This document shows positions 10,791 to 24,562 of a DNA stretch of 64,000 nucleotides, in pieces. Position 1 is the stretch's first letter, and each line of letters begins with the position of its first letter. This stretch comes from Octopus sinensis (lineage: Eukaryota): assembly GCF_006345805.1 (NCBI RefSeq), contig NW_021834205.1:1-64000 (forward strand). Reading direction: 5' to 3'. Under the pieces are notes generated by a model. That model ran no database searches. It saw nothing but the letters and a program-made list of their open reading frames with translations, and was not told the origin of the DNA. The position numbers were made by a program, and so were the translations under genes.

Positions 10791-11871
10791 ATTAACAAAA
10801 CAATCCGACCGGGAGGAGTTTTTGTGTGGTCCCTCGGCCTGCTAGAAAGAACAGTTAAATTTCCCCGAAATCTCGATGTTCGTTGAATAATACATCCTCG
10901 GGAAAATCGAACCTGAAAGAGGACTAATAGAGGACTGATAGAGCGCAGCTACTGAAAATATAAGGAAACGTGTTTGCAAAAATAACTCGGTGCGTACTTG
11001 CAGAATCAACATCTCTGATGAAAAAAACCTGTTCCCACTTGAAGACAGCGAGAGAGTAAGTGAGAGGGATATAAAGAGAGGAGGAGGAGGAGAGAAAGTG
11101 ATAGAATGAGATAGAGAAGAGAGACGGAGAGAGGTAGAGACAGAGAGAGTGGTAAAATAAGATAGTGGAGGGAAGAGGGATGAACAGAAAATAAACATAA
11201 GATAAAATGGATAAGTAAGCGTTTCAATTTGTTACTAGACCATGGCTGACTTAAACAGTTAGTTTCCTGCCATCTACTTCCACGAGATCAAATTACGCTA
11301 ATGTATTCAGTGAAGGACCTGCTGATATTGTTGTCATCCTCGTTGTTGTAGCTATTGTTGTCGACCATATTTTTGTAGATGATTTTATTTTATTTTTATA
11401 AGGCTTTGTTTTTCGTTATGTTTTCTGTTGCGTTTTTTTCCTCTCCTCTATTACTGTTCAACAAGATATTTATGCTAGCAAAACATTAAAAAAATGTATA
11501 AGACTTGGGGGCTTGGCGCTTCTATTATATTTGGTTAGGGGAATAAACATAGTCAGCAGAGACGAAAAGTCAGCCAGAGATAATGTTTCATCCGCACAAA
11601 AATGCAAACATATACGCATTAACTTGCACTCATTGACTTCTCACAATAATCACTCATAACCCCCCCTCTCTCTCTCTCTTTATCTCTTGCACGTGCACAC
11701 ACACATACATACACAAACGCACGTGCACAAAACCGCAAACATATACAAACCTGTCGGTGTAATTATACACAGCACACTAAAAAAACATCCATACAACCAT
11801 ATAACCAGTACGATACCAATGTGAAGATAAAACGCGAAGACGGGGATATACAATATACGTACACTCATATA

Positions 11872-11904
<33 letters not shown>

Positions 11905-12324
11905 GGTCCAAAATTACACAAAAAGAAACAAAAAACAAAGAACAGAGACAGGTGAAGAAACAACAGACAAGGTGTATTAGACGTCCAGGTAAATTGGAGA
12001 AGTCTTTGATGTTTCAAGTCTACGCTCTTCAGCAGAAAGGAATGAGAGGAGAAAACAGATGGACAGAGAGAGAAAATGGAGAGAAAAAAAACAATCATTC
12101 TTTCGTTCTCTCTCTCTATCTCTCTCTTTTTCTCTTTCCCCTCTCTGCCCCCTCCCTCTCTCCCCCTCACTTCTCTCTCTCTCTCTCTCTCTCTCTTGAT
12201 ATATTTATATAGACCGACATCTGTGAGTTACGAGATATACACCTTAAACAAAGGCTATATTACATACCGCAGAAGATAAATATTTGATTTGCTAAAATTA
12301 CTGCTTCTTCCAGAGAGGACATAG

Positions 12325-13073
12325 TAGAGTTGACCAACCTGAGGCGCGCGGGCCGCATGCGACCCGCTGGGTTTTTATCTTGCGGTCCGCTTGATACTTT
12401 CTTGAAATGGGTTTATTTAAACAAACATTTTGAAAATTTTATCAAAAATTCAAAATTGTAATGAAAAGTAAAAAAAGAAAGGTACTACTGTCTTTGCAAC
12501 GATAGTGTTTCATGTTAAGGCGGCGTGCTGGCACCCCGGGCGTTAGCACCCCGGGCGAAATGCTTAGCGGTATTTCGTCTGTCTTTACGTTCTGAGTTCA
12601 AATTCCGTCGAGGTCGACTTTGCCTTTCATCCTTTCGGGGTCGATTAAATAAGTACCAGTTTCGCACTGGGGGGGGGTCGATGTAATCGACTTAATACCT
12701 GTCTGTCCTTGTTTGTCCCCTCTGTGTCTAGCCCCTTGTGGGTAATAAAGAAATAGGTATTTCGTCTGTCTTTACGTTCTGAGTTCAAATTCCGTCGAGG
12801 TCGACTTTACCTTTCATCTTTTCGGGGTCGATAAATTAAGTACCAGTTACCTGCTGGGGGCGATCTAATAGACTGGCTCCGTCCTAAAAAATTTCGGGCC
12901 TTGTGCCTAGAGTAGAAAAGGATAATATTTCATGTTGAATCAACGATCATTCATTCGTTATTATAATAATAACAGGAGAAAGCAAAATGCTTTCAATTAT
13001 CTCAGGATACAAGCGGCCTTCAAAAACCCTTCTGCGATTAAAATGGCCCGCAATGTAATTCGAGTTGGCCTGG
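12325..13073. mobile_element. Probable hAT-type MITE hosting a SINE B dimer
   Basis: Left GAGTTGACCAACCTGAGGCGCGCGGGCCGCATGCGACCCGC and right TGGCCCGCAATGTAATTCGAGTTGGCCTGG resemble Charlie-like hAT termini. TSD not resolved. Confidence 0.5.
12517..12927 (+). mobile_element. SINE family B dimer (long tail, then short tail)
   Basis: TSD TTTCATGTT at 12508-12516 and 12928-12936. Confidence 0.92.
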
Positions 13074-13463
13074 GTTAGAGCAATCGCTTCGTAACAAATT
13101 ATACCAACTCTAAATAAATATACGAGATCACCTCAAGACTCGATAATTTCTCCAAAATTGATACGCTATCAAACTAAAAGACAATCCGATTGTCTAGAGA
13201 CACCATGACAACTGTGGACGCAATTTTCACTTGCTACCTTATCACCAGCAGAAGGGGACACTTATACGTACGCGAAAATAGAGTAGATCACAATATTTGT
13301 ATTTTTAACAGCACACGCATAGTTGTGGGGTTCAAAAAGCTCGCTTTGAACATGGTTTCAGGTTTAGTCCCACTACACGGTATCATCAGCAAGTATCTCC
13401 TGCCGTGGCTCTGCAGTTGAATAATGCCTTGCAAGTGAAGCTATAGATGGAAACTGTGTAAGC

Positions 13464-13634
13464 CAGGCGTGGCTGTGTGGTAAGAGGCGTGCTTCCCAGC
13501 CACATGGTTCCGGGTTCAGTCCCACTGCATGTCACCTTGGGCAAATGTCTTCTACTATACCCTTGGGCCGACCAAAGCCTTGTGAGTGGATTCGGTAGAC
13601 GGAAACTGAAAGAAGCCCATCGTATATATGTATA

Positions 13635-13667
<33 letters not shown>

Positions 13668-14083
13668 ATGTATATATGTATGTATGTATGCATGTATGTA
13701 TGTATGCATGCATGTATGTATGTAGGTAGGTATGTATGTATGTATGTATGTATGTATGTGTGTATGTATGTATGTATGTATGTATGTATCTATGTATGTA
13801 TGTATGTATGTATGCATGTATGTATGTATGTATGTATGTATGTATGCATGTATGTATGTATGTAGGTAGGTATGTGTTTGTGTGTCTGTATTTGTCCCCT
13901 TCCATCGCTTGACGACCGATGTTGGTGTGTTTACGTCCCCGTAACTTAACGGTTCGGCAAGAGAGACCGATAGAATAAGTACTACGCTTGCAAAGATTAG
14001 GTCCTGAAGTTGATTTGTTCTACTAGAGGCGGTGCCCCAGCATGGCCGCAGTCAAATGACTGAAACAAATAAAAGAATAAAAG
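13464..14083 (+). mobile_element. SINE family A with expanded internal (TATG)n
   Basis: Head, about 250 bp of TATG, and tail all present. Confidence 0.92.
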
Positions 14084-14790
14084 AAAGACTATATATATAT
14101 ATATATATATTATACATATATGCACACACACACACACGCATACATGCACATATATATATACATCTATGTATGTGCATATGAATGTATGCATACATACATG
14201 TATGTATATATGTGTATTATATACATGTGTATGTATATGTCGTAGGTCGTAGTATTTAGACCCCGCCATCACAGGACAAGTGGTGTTGGTTTGTTTACGA
14301 CTCGGTGACCTAGATGTGCCGCAAAATGGAACGATACAATAATTCCAGACTTAATAAAAGATAAGTATTTGTGGGGTCAAGGGCGGTTTTTTTCGGCTAC
14401 ACCCTTCAAGGCGTTGCGCAGCATATCCGCGGTCCAAGGACTGAAATAGGTAAACACACACACACACAGACACAAATGCATACGTCTGCATCAATGTGTG
14501 TGTGTGTGTGAGCGTGTGTGCGCATGTAGGAGGAGAGAGAGGAGAATTGGAGAATTAAGAAAGGTTTATAGAACTGGATAAACCAAGAGGAACAGAAGCA
14601 AGAGGGAGAAAACCTATTCAAGAACCCAACCTGCCTCGACTCCGATGTCAGCGTCTCCTCGAAAAACTACCCCACACACACGCGTACATATACACAGGCA
14701 TATACACAGACGCCCACATAGATACACGCATAGACACATACAACTGCCTGTGCGTTTGAATATGCATACGCTCATAGTTATATGTATGTG

Positions 14791-14822
<32 letters not shown>

Positions 14823-14971
14823 TATATGCATCAGTTTTGTTCTGTTGGGTGTATGTTTATATATTATTCTATTGTTGTTTACCCAGAGTGGGATGGGTGG
14901 AGGTTAGGCAATGCATTGTGCTTTTAGAAGCAATGAAAAGATTCCACTCAAACGGAACATCCAATTAAACT

Positions 14972-14974
<3 letters not shown>

Positions 14975-15008
<34 letters not shown>

Positions 15009-15195
15009 CAGCAGCAGCAGCAGTAGTAGTAGTAGTGGTGGTGGTGGTGGTGGTGGTGGTGGTGGTGGTGGTGGTAGTAGTAGTAATAGTAGTGGTGGTG
15101 GGGGTAGGTGGAATTTGTGGTGGTGGTAGTAGTAGTAGTAGTGGAATTGGTGGAGGTGGTGGTGGTCGCGGGCGGCGGCGGTGGTGGTAGCAGTA
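14975..15195. repeat. Compound (TAG)n/(CAG)n/(TGG)n microsatellite
   Basis: Direct reading. Confidence 0.9.
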
Positions 15196-15519
15196 GTTGT
15201 CGAGATGCAACAAATGTGTGTGGCCAAAAAACGCCTACTTATCTAATGAATCTCTTGTGTGTGTGTATGTGTGTATGTGTGTGTGCGTTTATATTTGTGT
15301 TAACGCACATTCGTGCTAGCACCTGTGTGTGTGTTTATTGAATTAATAAAGGTATATGAATTAATGAAACCATATAAGTACATATGAGAGAGGGGGGAGA
15401 GAGAGAGGGAGAGAGTGAAGATAATAGTGGGACAGGCAGGCAAAAGGATAGATAGATGGATAGATAGATAGATACGTAGCTACCTACACACACACATGTA
15501 TATATACAGGCAAATATAC

Positions 15520-15552
<33 letters not shown>

Positions 15553-15644
15553 GTGTGTGTGTGTGTGTGTGTGTGTGTATGTATACAGTATATAGCATAT
15601 TGTATATATATGTATAATATATATATGTATATACATATATATAT

Positions 15645-15677
<33 letters not shown>

Positions 15678-16066
15678 GCATATGCACAATATGCCATATA
15701 CTGTATACATATATAAATTTATATATACATATATATATATATATATAATATATATATATATATATAATATTTGTTGTGCAATATACATACATACACATAC
15801 ATCTATATATATAAAGTAGATACATTTATGCGTTGCTTTATTAATTCACTTATCTAAATAGTTCTTATAGAAAATTCTTCTTTTCAGAAATGGAAGAATA
15901 TGAATTTGTCGTTCCCATCCCAACGTTCTTTGATAAAATAGCCAGGAAAAAAAAAAAAAACATGCGCTGCTTTTGTCCGTTTGAGGCGAAAAACACCGCA
16001 TAAACTAAGATTCTGTACTAAAGAAAACAATAAATATAAACCCACAATGTTTTTTTTGTGTTACAG

Positions 16067-16080
16067 AAAATTAGGAATTG
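16067..16080 (+). CDS. Candidate 14-nt micro-exon (a+KLGI+g)
   Basis: ttttttttgtgttacag|AAAATTAGGAATTG|gtaagt. Consensus splice signals only. Confidence 0.22.
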
Positions 16081-16414
16081 GTAAGTGCTTTGATATTTTA
16101 TTTCGTCAAAGCAGAATTGGCGGCTGTAATAATTCGGATTGGATAGAGAAGACGTCTGTTTTATGTCTGTAAACTGGGCGAGGCTGCAAGGAGTAACAGA
16201 AACTGATGATGATAGCCGTAGCTGTTATCAGGTCTGATGTGGAAAAAACCTTACCGAATGGCTGTGCTATTTGCAACAATAGCAACAATAATGACAGGTT
16301 CGTAGCCAACAACAACAACAACAGCAGCAACAGCAACAACTTAAGAGGAACGACGGTCGTAAATCTAAAGCAAAATATTTCAACACGTAGATTACAGCAG
16401 GAACATATGTTTAG

Positions 16415-16420
16415 TAGTGA

Positions 16421-16467
<47 letters not shown>

Positions 16468-16621
16468 ACAACAGCAACAGGAGCAGCAGTAATAGTAATA
16501 GTAATAGTAATTGTAGTAGTAGTAGTAGTAGTAGTAGTAACAACAGCAACAGGAGCAGCAGTAATAGTAATAGTAATTGTAGTAGTAGTAGAGTAGTAGT
16601 AGTATAGTAGTAGTAGTAGTA

Positions 16622-16655
<34 letters not shown>

Positions 16656-16896
16656 TGTAGTAGTAGGTGGTGGTGGTACTAGTAGTACTAGTAGTAGCAG
16701 TAGCAGCAGCAGTAGTAGTGCTGGTGGTAGTACTAGTAGCTGCAGCAGCAGCAACAGGAGCAGCAGTAATAGTAATAGTGATTGTAGTAGTAGGTAGTGG
16801 TTTTGGTAGTAGTACTAGTAGTAGTAGTAGTAGTGGTGGTGGTGGTGGTGGTGGTGGAAGTATTAGTAGTAGTAGTAGTAGTAGATTTAGTAGATT

Positions 16897-16930
<34 letters not shown>

Positions 16931-17021
16931 GTATTGGTTTTGGTAGTAGTACTAGTAGTAGTAGTAGTAGTGGTGGTGGTGGTGGTGGTGGAAGTATTAG
17001 TAGTAGTAGTAGTAGAAGTAT

Positions 17022-17094
<73 letters not shown>

Positions 17095-17710
17095 CGCGTT
17101 GCCACCATCGCCTCTAACACTACAATTCCCACTACTACCGGAACCACAACTACTACAACATCCGCAGCTACTCTCATCATTACCACTGGCATCATCGTCA
17201 CTACCATTACCACCACATCCGCAGACATCGTTAACACCACCACCACCACCACCACCACCACTGCCAATACTACAAATTCCAACGCAAATACCACCAGCAA
17301 CCACGCTACCACCACAATCACTATCACCACAACTTTCACCATCATCACCAGCATTATCATTAGCAACAGCAACGCCATCATTATTATCACCATTGCCACA
17401 ATTGCAACCACCGCCACCATCAACCCCACCTCCAACACCATCAGCATCACAACCCCATCACCACCAACACCATCACCTCCAACACCAGCATCATCAGAAC
17501 ACCGTCTCCACCCTCACTAACACCACCAACTATACCAGCACCACCACCAACACCATCACCATTAGAACACCATCTCCACCAACACTAACACTGCCAACAC
17601 CACCACCATCACCACCATTATCAACACCACTAACACCGGCTCCCCCAACAACACCATAAACGCCACCATCAACACCACTACATACTATCACTTCCACCAT
17701 TACCACTGCT
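16415..17710. repeat. 1.3-kb compound triplet tract: G-rich (TAG/TGG) half, then C-rich (CAC/TAC) half
   Basis: Composition switches at about 17095. Internal higher-order duplications (AACAGCAACAGGAGCAGCAGTAATAG x2-3; GGTTTTGGTAGTAGTACTAG x2). Confidence 0.9.
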
Positions 17711-19111
17711 GTTCATCGGACACTTAAATTTTACATGTTCCACATGTAAATATTAATAAGCAGACGTTTTCTGAAAGAGCCAAATGCGTCCTTCGCAAGA
17801 GGACATTTTCCTTCATCAATTTATTTACGGGTTTGGCGAGGAAAAAGCAGTCAAACAACTAGCATCGTGTTAGAGCATGAGGGTTGAATTGTTGCAAGAA
17901 TATAGATTATATGGGAGAAAGAAATAAGAAGGTGCACAGTTAGTCTCTCACGAGAACGGCGCGGTGATTTACGAAGGGTTAACGCTTTATGAAAGCTCTG
18001 AGAATAAGACTATAAGAAGGTTTTCGTAGCCATATTAATAGACGCATTTATCTGTGTCATGGCTGGCGTTGAAAGCGGTGAGATTGCTTTAGAGACGAAT
18101 ATGATTGTGTATTATATATTTTTATAATTATCTCTTTTATAATTATATCTTTTATAATTATCTTTTATAATTATCTCTTTAATCATTATTTCTTTTATCA
18201 GTACGATTATATTTTTATGATTATATTTTTTATTATTCAATCAAATCAACCACTTTTCCACTTTTCTTTTAAAGAAAGCTTTCCTTCTTCTTCCTTACGT
18301 TTCTTTAAACTTTTCGATTTTCAATATCTGATCGCTAATTTTTGTAAAATTAAACTAGGTCAACTCTCCATCTTGTCTGTATTTATCTTCCATAATTATT
18401 ATTTCTATTTTTTTAATACAAAACTGCTTATGATCCCTTTATTCTAAATCACACACTCTCTCTCTCTCTCTCTCTCTCTCCCTCGCTCTTTCCCCCTCTC
18501 CCTCCCTTTGTTAACGAAGCGTCTACAGAGGAGCATAAACGCTGGTAGACCATCATAGGTGTTTCTTAAAGAATATAACGTGCAAGATGGTTGACAGCGT
18601 TGACAATGTTTGGAATATTGTAAAAGCATCAAGACAATAATATGAATGGCATAAATTGTAGACAACGTTAATACTTAGGTGTACAGCGAGTGAGAGATCC
18701 TAGATATGACTACAGAAAGTAATGTTTTAAATGAAAAGCAAATTTCATTCCTAATCTAACTAATAATGGCGTCAAAGGTCTTGGCATTTCTGCTGGGCAA
18801 TAGACGAATATAGATGACGCCCACATTTCCCGCTATGTAGCTTTAAATTCAAACAGTAATGAACATTCTCACGTAATTAAATAGATCTACTGAACCAAAC
18901 ACTTTATTTTATCGGCTCTTCGTTAAAATTTGAGTCGATTTTCAGTTAATTCTGAATTTCTCGTTATTAAGCAATCTGTACTTGATTACAGAGTATTTTA
19001 AAAATAATATGGGATGGAGACTTGTTAGGTAATCTGTGTGCGCTAATCGAACTACCGGCTTCCCATTAATCCTGACGATGCTGGATTATTAACGCACGAC
19101 ATATATGCTGC

Positions 19112-19445
19112 GACTCCCTTCGGTCATGACTGACCATGGGATTGCACCTAGAAAGTTACTCTCTGAGGCACAAGTCCGGGCAAGTTTGTTTGTGAAAGAC
19201 CAGCAGTCGCCCATGGATACCAGCCTCCCCTCTCCAAGCCACCAGTGTTTTCCAAGGGAAAGGCAAAGGGGCCGATACAGCATGGCACCTGTGACGTCGC
19301 AACTCATTTCTACAGCTGAGTGAACTGGGGCAACGTGAAATAAAGTGTCTTTCTCAAGAACACTACACGCAGCCCGATCCGGGATTCGAACTCACAATCT
19401 CACAATCCTAAACTCGACGCTCTAACCATTGAGCCATGCGCCTTC
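19112..19445 (-). mobile_element. SINE family D (tRNA head, TTCTTGAG.AAGACACTTTATTTCAC core)
   Basis: Reverse complement matches 55435-55776. A-box TGGCTCAATGG, B-box GAGTTCGAATCC. Confidence 0.9.
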
Positions 19446-19460
19446 ACATGACATATTAAC

Positions 19461-20223
19461 GACTCCTTAGTGTCATCCAACAACACCAGAGACCTTGGAA
19501 TAATTGTTGATAATAATTTAAGCTGGAGTTCCCACGTAACCCAACAAGGTTGACTTGGCCCGCAAGATGTGCTCCTGGATTCTGAGAACTTTCTGGTCTA
19601 GAGATGCTCACACCATCATCCTTCTCTACACTACTTTTGCCCGTATCCGTCTCCATCTTGAATACTGTTGCTCACTGTAGTCTCTCCAGAGGCACTCTAG
19701 AGGTCAATAACAAGAAAAATAGACGGCATGACAGGCATTGACTATTGGGTCAAATAAAAAAACTCAATCTCTACTCTCTCCAACGCCGTCGTGAGTGCTA
19801 CATCATTTGTGTGCTGTGGAAAATATTCCATCAATATTGCACAAAAGATGTTGGCATCAATTTTATAATTTACCCAAGAATGACCTCCCGTGCTATCAGC
19901 CCACTACAAAAATCGAACTCAAAGCACATAACAACATTACGACACAACTAATTTACCTCAACCTGCCCAGCTCTCCTTAATATTATACCAAAATACATGA
20001 AAACGGAAACAGATTCAAAAGTTCTCTGGGTAAATTTTTCCAAAAATTCCCGGGCCAACCTGAATATGTCTCCATAAATAATACCTTTTTGCTAGAGTAT
20101 GCTATGATGTCCCATATTTGACTGAGTTGTGGATCACGAGATCTAAAAGACTTCACCGGGTGGTACTATTAAGTTAGACATGGCCTGGGCCTATAGTGGT
20201 CGAAACCTATCTAAGTTATCTAA
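19461..20223 (+). mobile_element. CR1-group LINE 3' relic
   Basis: RDLGIIVDNNLSWSSH, HLEYC, KLNLYSLQRRRE.Y motifs; 3' end GGTCGAAACCTATCTAAGTTATCTAA. Confidence 0.85.
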
Positions 20224-21011
20224 TTTAAAGGCTGTAACTGGTTGGTTAGGCTTCCAAGAATTACAGCGAACTGGGTCTTCAGTTCTCCAAGTTTCCTTTT
20301 AACAAGTTAGGTTCTATGAGCCCGAAACTTTAGGCAATGTTCTTTTAAAAATTATAAAATGCGGAAGTTTTTGTGCCATCAGCGCAGCATTCTAATACAA
20401 CTGTGTAGTGTGTCTTTTCATTGCCACATGTTTTAACAGTCATAGTTTAGCACCCTTGGATTCTACCGTCTTGTTTGATGGTGCATCAGATTTCAAAGGG
20501 ACTTCGTCCATATTTGCTTTCTGTGAAAGTTCAAAATTAACTTCTTTTCATGTATTAATGACATTCCAGTGGAACTTAATAGTTTGATCTTCGTATTCAG
20601 GGGATATTTTTGGTCCTATTCTTGTCCTAGCCCTCAAACAGAGATTATGTCTCCTCATAAATTTTGAACACCATGATGATGGCCCTTTAAAATCATTGAT
20701 ATCTCTGTTCATTCCAATAAGTCTTGAATGCTACACAATCATTTTAGTGGATACTGAAAAGCCCGATCTTCTTTGGTCTAAAACACAGGATTTTTAATCC
20801 TTCTTCTATTTCAGGTCACCTTACAACTCCCCCGCGGAGGCAGTGCTTGCTGCGTTTAGCAGCTTTCAGCTGTTCCTGTTTCCTCCAAGTCCTTACTATT
20901 TTCTCAGTTGTAGCGGACCTAAATACTGAGCAGTTGCCCTATTACCGTGGTCTTTTGCGTATGCTACATCTAGTTTAATTTTTTTGTTTTTTTTTTTGTT
21001 TTTTTAGCCAT
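20224..21011 (-). pseudogene. pogo-family transposase relic (POGK-like Brinker DBD, CENP-B HTH, start of DDE_1), internally deleted
   Basis: KLDVAYAKDHGNRA..; FKGPSSWCSKFMRRHNLCLRARTRI; NMDEVPL..DAPSNKTV; VKTCGNEKTHYTVVL.CCADGTK.P..IFK; AVILGSLTNQLQPLN, with stops and frameshifts. Confidence 0.9.
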
Positions 21012-21499
21012 GGATTTGGATTTCAGCCAAGGATCTGTGCGAAATGTACCGTAAATAAACTTACAGGTACGTTATGGAAAACCGTACCCCAACTCTTGTC
21101 TCTCATCAGATCAGCTGTATAGCTGTTTATACTATGGGAAAAGATATTGCTATACAGGATGAGCTACTCGTATTTCTAGATGTGATGTTTTCTGTTACCG
21201 CGACAGGCCACAGTGTGGAAAAAAGGGGAAAAAAAACTAAAAGAGCCAAATGCAAATGAATGACCAAAAAAGGAACACGACAGGAAGGAGACGCTGTGGT
21301 AAAAGTGAAGCGTCTGACACATCATCTGATCTGATCGTTACAAATGGCTGCCAGACAGATGAAAGTTTATTAACATTCCTTTGAAATTTAGGATTATTTT
21401 TCATTTAGATAAAGAACAAATGCTTCTTAAAGTTAAGGCAGTCGTTAAATAATGTAATACATATATCAGGTGTGATTTATGTATGCTGGAGAAGGAGGT

Positions 21500-21840
21500 A
21501 AGTGAGGAGGAATTACAACCGTGTTTCGTGGTCTGCTACCACAACAGCTCCTTTATAGGATCCAGTTAGCTCAAGACATCATCAGGAGGAACCACGTCCG
21601 GTTTCGGCCCCTACTCCTCTGCCGCTTTGACGTGGCGCGGCCCCGCCTTTCGGAGGTGTCTTCAGCTCTGGTGTTGGGTGCATGTCTTCTTTCTTCTTCT
21701 TTCTTCCGTTCCCTGGCCTCTTCGATGTATCGTCAGCGAGTATCAGCCGGTGACTGACTGTCTTGTCAAATTTTTCCCTTTAAATACCTGCCGCATAGTC
21801 TCCAGCAGGCAGCCCCAGCAAGTTGTCACGTGACGCTGTC
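21500..21840 (-). promoter_or_regulatory. GC-rich LTR/pLTR-like promoter block
   Basis: GTCACGTGAC (21825-21834), TATTTAAA (21786-21779), and initiator-like TCAGT with its A 31 nt downstream. Followed by two CTGANGA..CGAAAC motifs. Confidence 0.45.
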
Positions 21841-22071
21841 TCACCTTAACTGAAGGCGCGTAGTTTTAGCTTTCCCTCATAATTGCTGACGGTATCGTAA
21901 GATATTTTTCGTAAATTTATGAAAACAGACTGTGATAATTCGGCTACTTTTCAATATTTTATTATTAGTAACACAATTTACTGTAATAACTTGGCTTGTT
22001 TTTATTATATTATTATTACCAACACTTTTTGTGCCTAGAGAACTTACCCGGTATGGTCGTCCAGCTCCTTA

Positions 22072-22122
22072 CCCTATGACGTTCGGTCTCCGATTCGTTA
22101 AACGACCGCTTTAGACGCAGAG
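22072..22122 (-). ncRNA. Degenerate hammerhead-like relic
   Basis: CTAAAGC-GGTC..GACC-GAA-CG-TC. Stem II and the GUC triplet are kept; the core is mutated. Confidence 0.3.
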
Positions 22123-22435
22123 CAATTTTTTGATACGTTTAAAAATAAGAAAAACACGTCAAATCTGCCGGCAAACACTGTACATCAATATGGCTACCAT
22201 TGTGATTGGTTCGATATTCTTATTTCGTAATTACTGCTTATATTCTCTAAGTAAAGTTAAACTAAAGAACGCAGATAAGATTTCCGACGAATTATTCTAC
22301 GTTTAAATATTAAATTCAACATACATCATCAAATATAATGCTTACCTGTCACCTATGAAAGCTGTCAGAAATACGAGCAAGTTCACGAAACCATTCGGAA
22401 CGATTTTCTTCAGTGTCCGTGCATTGTTGAATTGC

Positions 22436-22464
22436 TAGATTATTATTATTATTATTATTATTAC

Positions 22465-22503
<39 letters not shown>

Positions 22504-22644
22504 CATTATTATTGTTATGTATTGTTATTATTATATTATTATTATTGTTGTTATTGTTATTGTTATTGTTTCATTATTATTATTGTTATTATTATTATTA
22601 ATTATTATTATTAATTATTATTATTATTGTTATTGTTATTGTTA

Positions 22645-22712
<68 letters not shown>

Positions 22713-22811
22713 GTTATTGTTATTGTTATTGTTATTATTATAATTATTATTATTGTTGTTATTGTTATTGTTATTGTTATTAATTATTATTATTATTATT
22801 ATTATTATTAA

Positions 22812-22845
<34 letters not shown>

Positions 22846-24072
22846 GTTATTGTTATTGTTGTTATTATTCTTATTATTTATTATTATATATTATATCATT
22901 ATTATTGTTATTGTTATTGTTATTGTTATTATTATAATAATTATTATTGTTGTTATTGTTATTGTATATTGTTATTAATTATTATTATTATTAATTATTA
23001 TTATTAATTATTATTATTATTATTATTATTATTATTGTTATTGTTATTGTTATTGTTATTATTATTATTATTATTATTATTGTTATTGTTATTGTTATTA
23101 TTATTATGATTATTATTATCATTATTATTGTTATTGTTATTGTTATTATTATTATGATTATTATTATCATTATTATTATTATTGTTATTGTTATTGTTAT
23201 TATTATATTATCATTGTTACTGGTTATTGTTATTGTTATTATTATATTATTAATTATATTATTATTATTATTATATTATTAATTAGTATATTATTATTAT
23301 TATTGTTTGTAATTGTTATTGTTATTATTATATTATATTATTATGATTATTGTTATTGTTATTGTTATTTATTATTAATTATTATATATTATTATTTTAT
23401 TATTATTATTTTTATTATATTAATATTATTATTATGTTATGTTATTGTTATTATTATTATTATTATTATTATTGTTATTGTTATTGTTATTATTATTAAA
23501 TATTATTATTATTATTATTATTAATTATTATTATTATTATTATTATTATTGTTATTGTTATTGTTATTGTTATTGTTATTATTATTATTATTATTGTTAT
23601 TGTTATTGTTATTATTATTATTATTATTATTGTTGTTATTGTTATTTTGTTGTTATTATTATTAATTATTATTATATTTATTATTATCATTAATTATTAT
23701 TATAATTATTATTATTATTATTATTGTTATTGTTATTGTTATTATTATTATTGTTATTGTAATTGTTATTATTATTATTATTATTGTTATTATTAATTAT
23801 TATTATTATTATTATTATTATTATCATTATTAGTATTATTATTATTATTGTTATTATTATTATTATTATTACTATTGTTATTGTTATTATTAAATATTAT
23901 TATTATCATTATTATTATTATTATTTATTATTATTATTATTATTATCATTGTTATTGTTATCGTTATTGTTATTGTTATTACTATTATTATTATTATTAT
24001 TATTGTTATTGTTATTGTTATTATTATTATTATAGTAATTATTATTATTATTCTTATTATTATTATTGTTAT

Positions 24073-24112
<40 letters not shown>

Positions 24113-24329
24113 GTTATTTTATTATTGTTATTGTTATTGTTATTGTTATTGTTATTATTATTATTATTGATATTATTATTATTATTAATTATTATTATTA
24201 TTATTATTATTATTGTTATTATTATTATTATTATTATTGTTATTGTTATTGTTATTGTTATTGTTATTATTATTATTATTATTATTGTTATTGTTATTGT
24301 TATTGTTATTATTATTAATTATTATTTTC

Positions 24330-24360
<31 letters not shown>

Positions 24361-24530
24361 ATTGTATTGTTATTGTTATTATTATTATTGTTATTATTAT
24401 TATTATTGTTATTGTTATTGTTATTGTTATTGTTATTGTCATTGTTATTGTTATTATTAATTATTATTATTATTATCATTATTTATTATTATTATTATTA
24501 TTATTATCATTATTATTATTGTTATTGTTA

Positions 24531-24562
<32 letters not shown>

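Noticed and set aside
10860-11045. - strand exon-like pieces (WEQVFFIRDVDSA; FDFPEDVLFNEHRDFGEI*)
   Set aside because: Frames do not join consistently, and the acceptor relies on a GA microsatellite
13345-13395. CTGATGA..GAAAC on the - strand
   Set aside because: No helix II. The segment is a decayed SINE A head, so the match is coincidental
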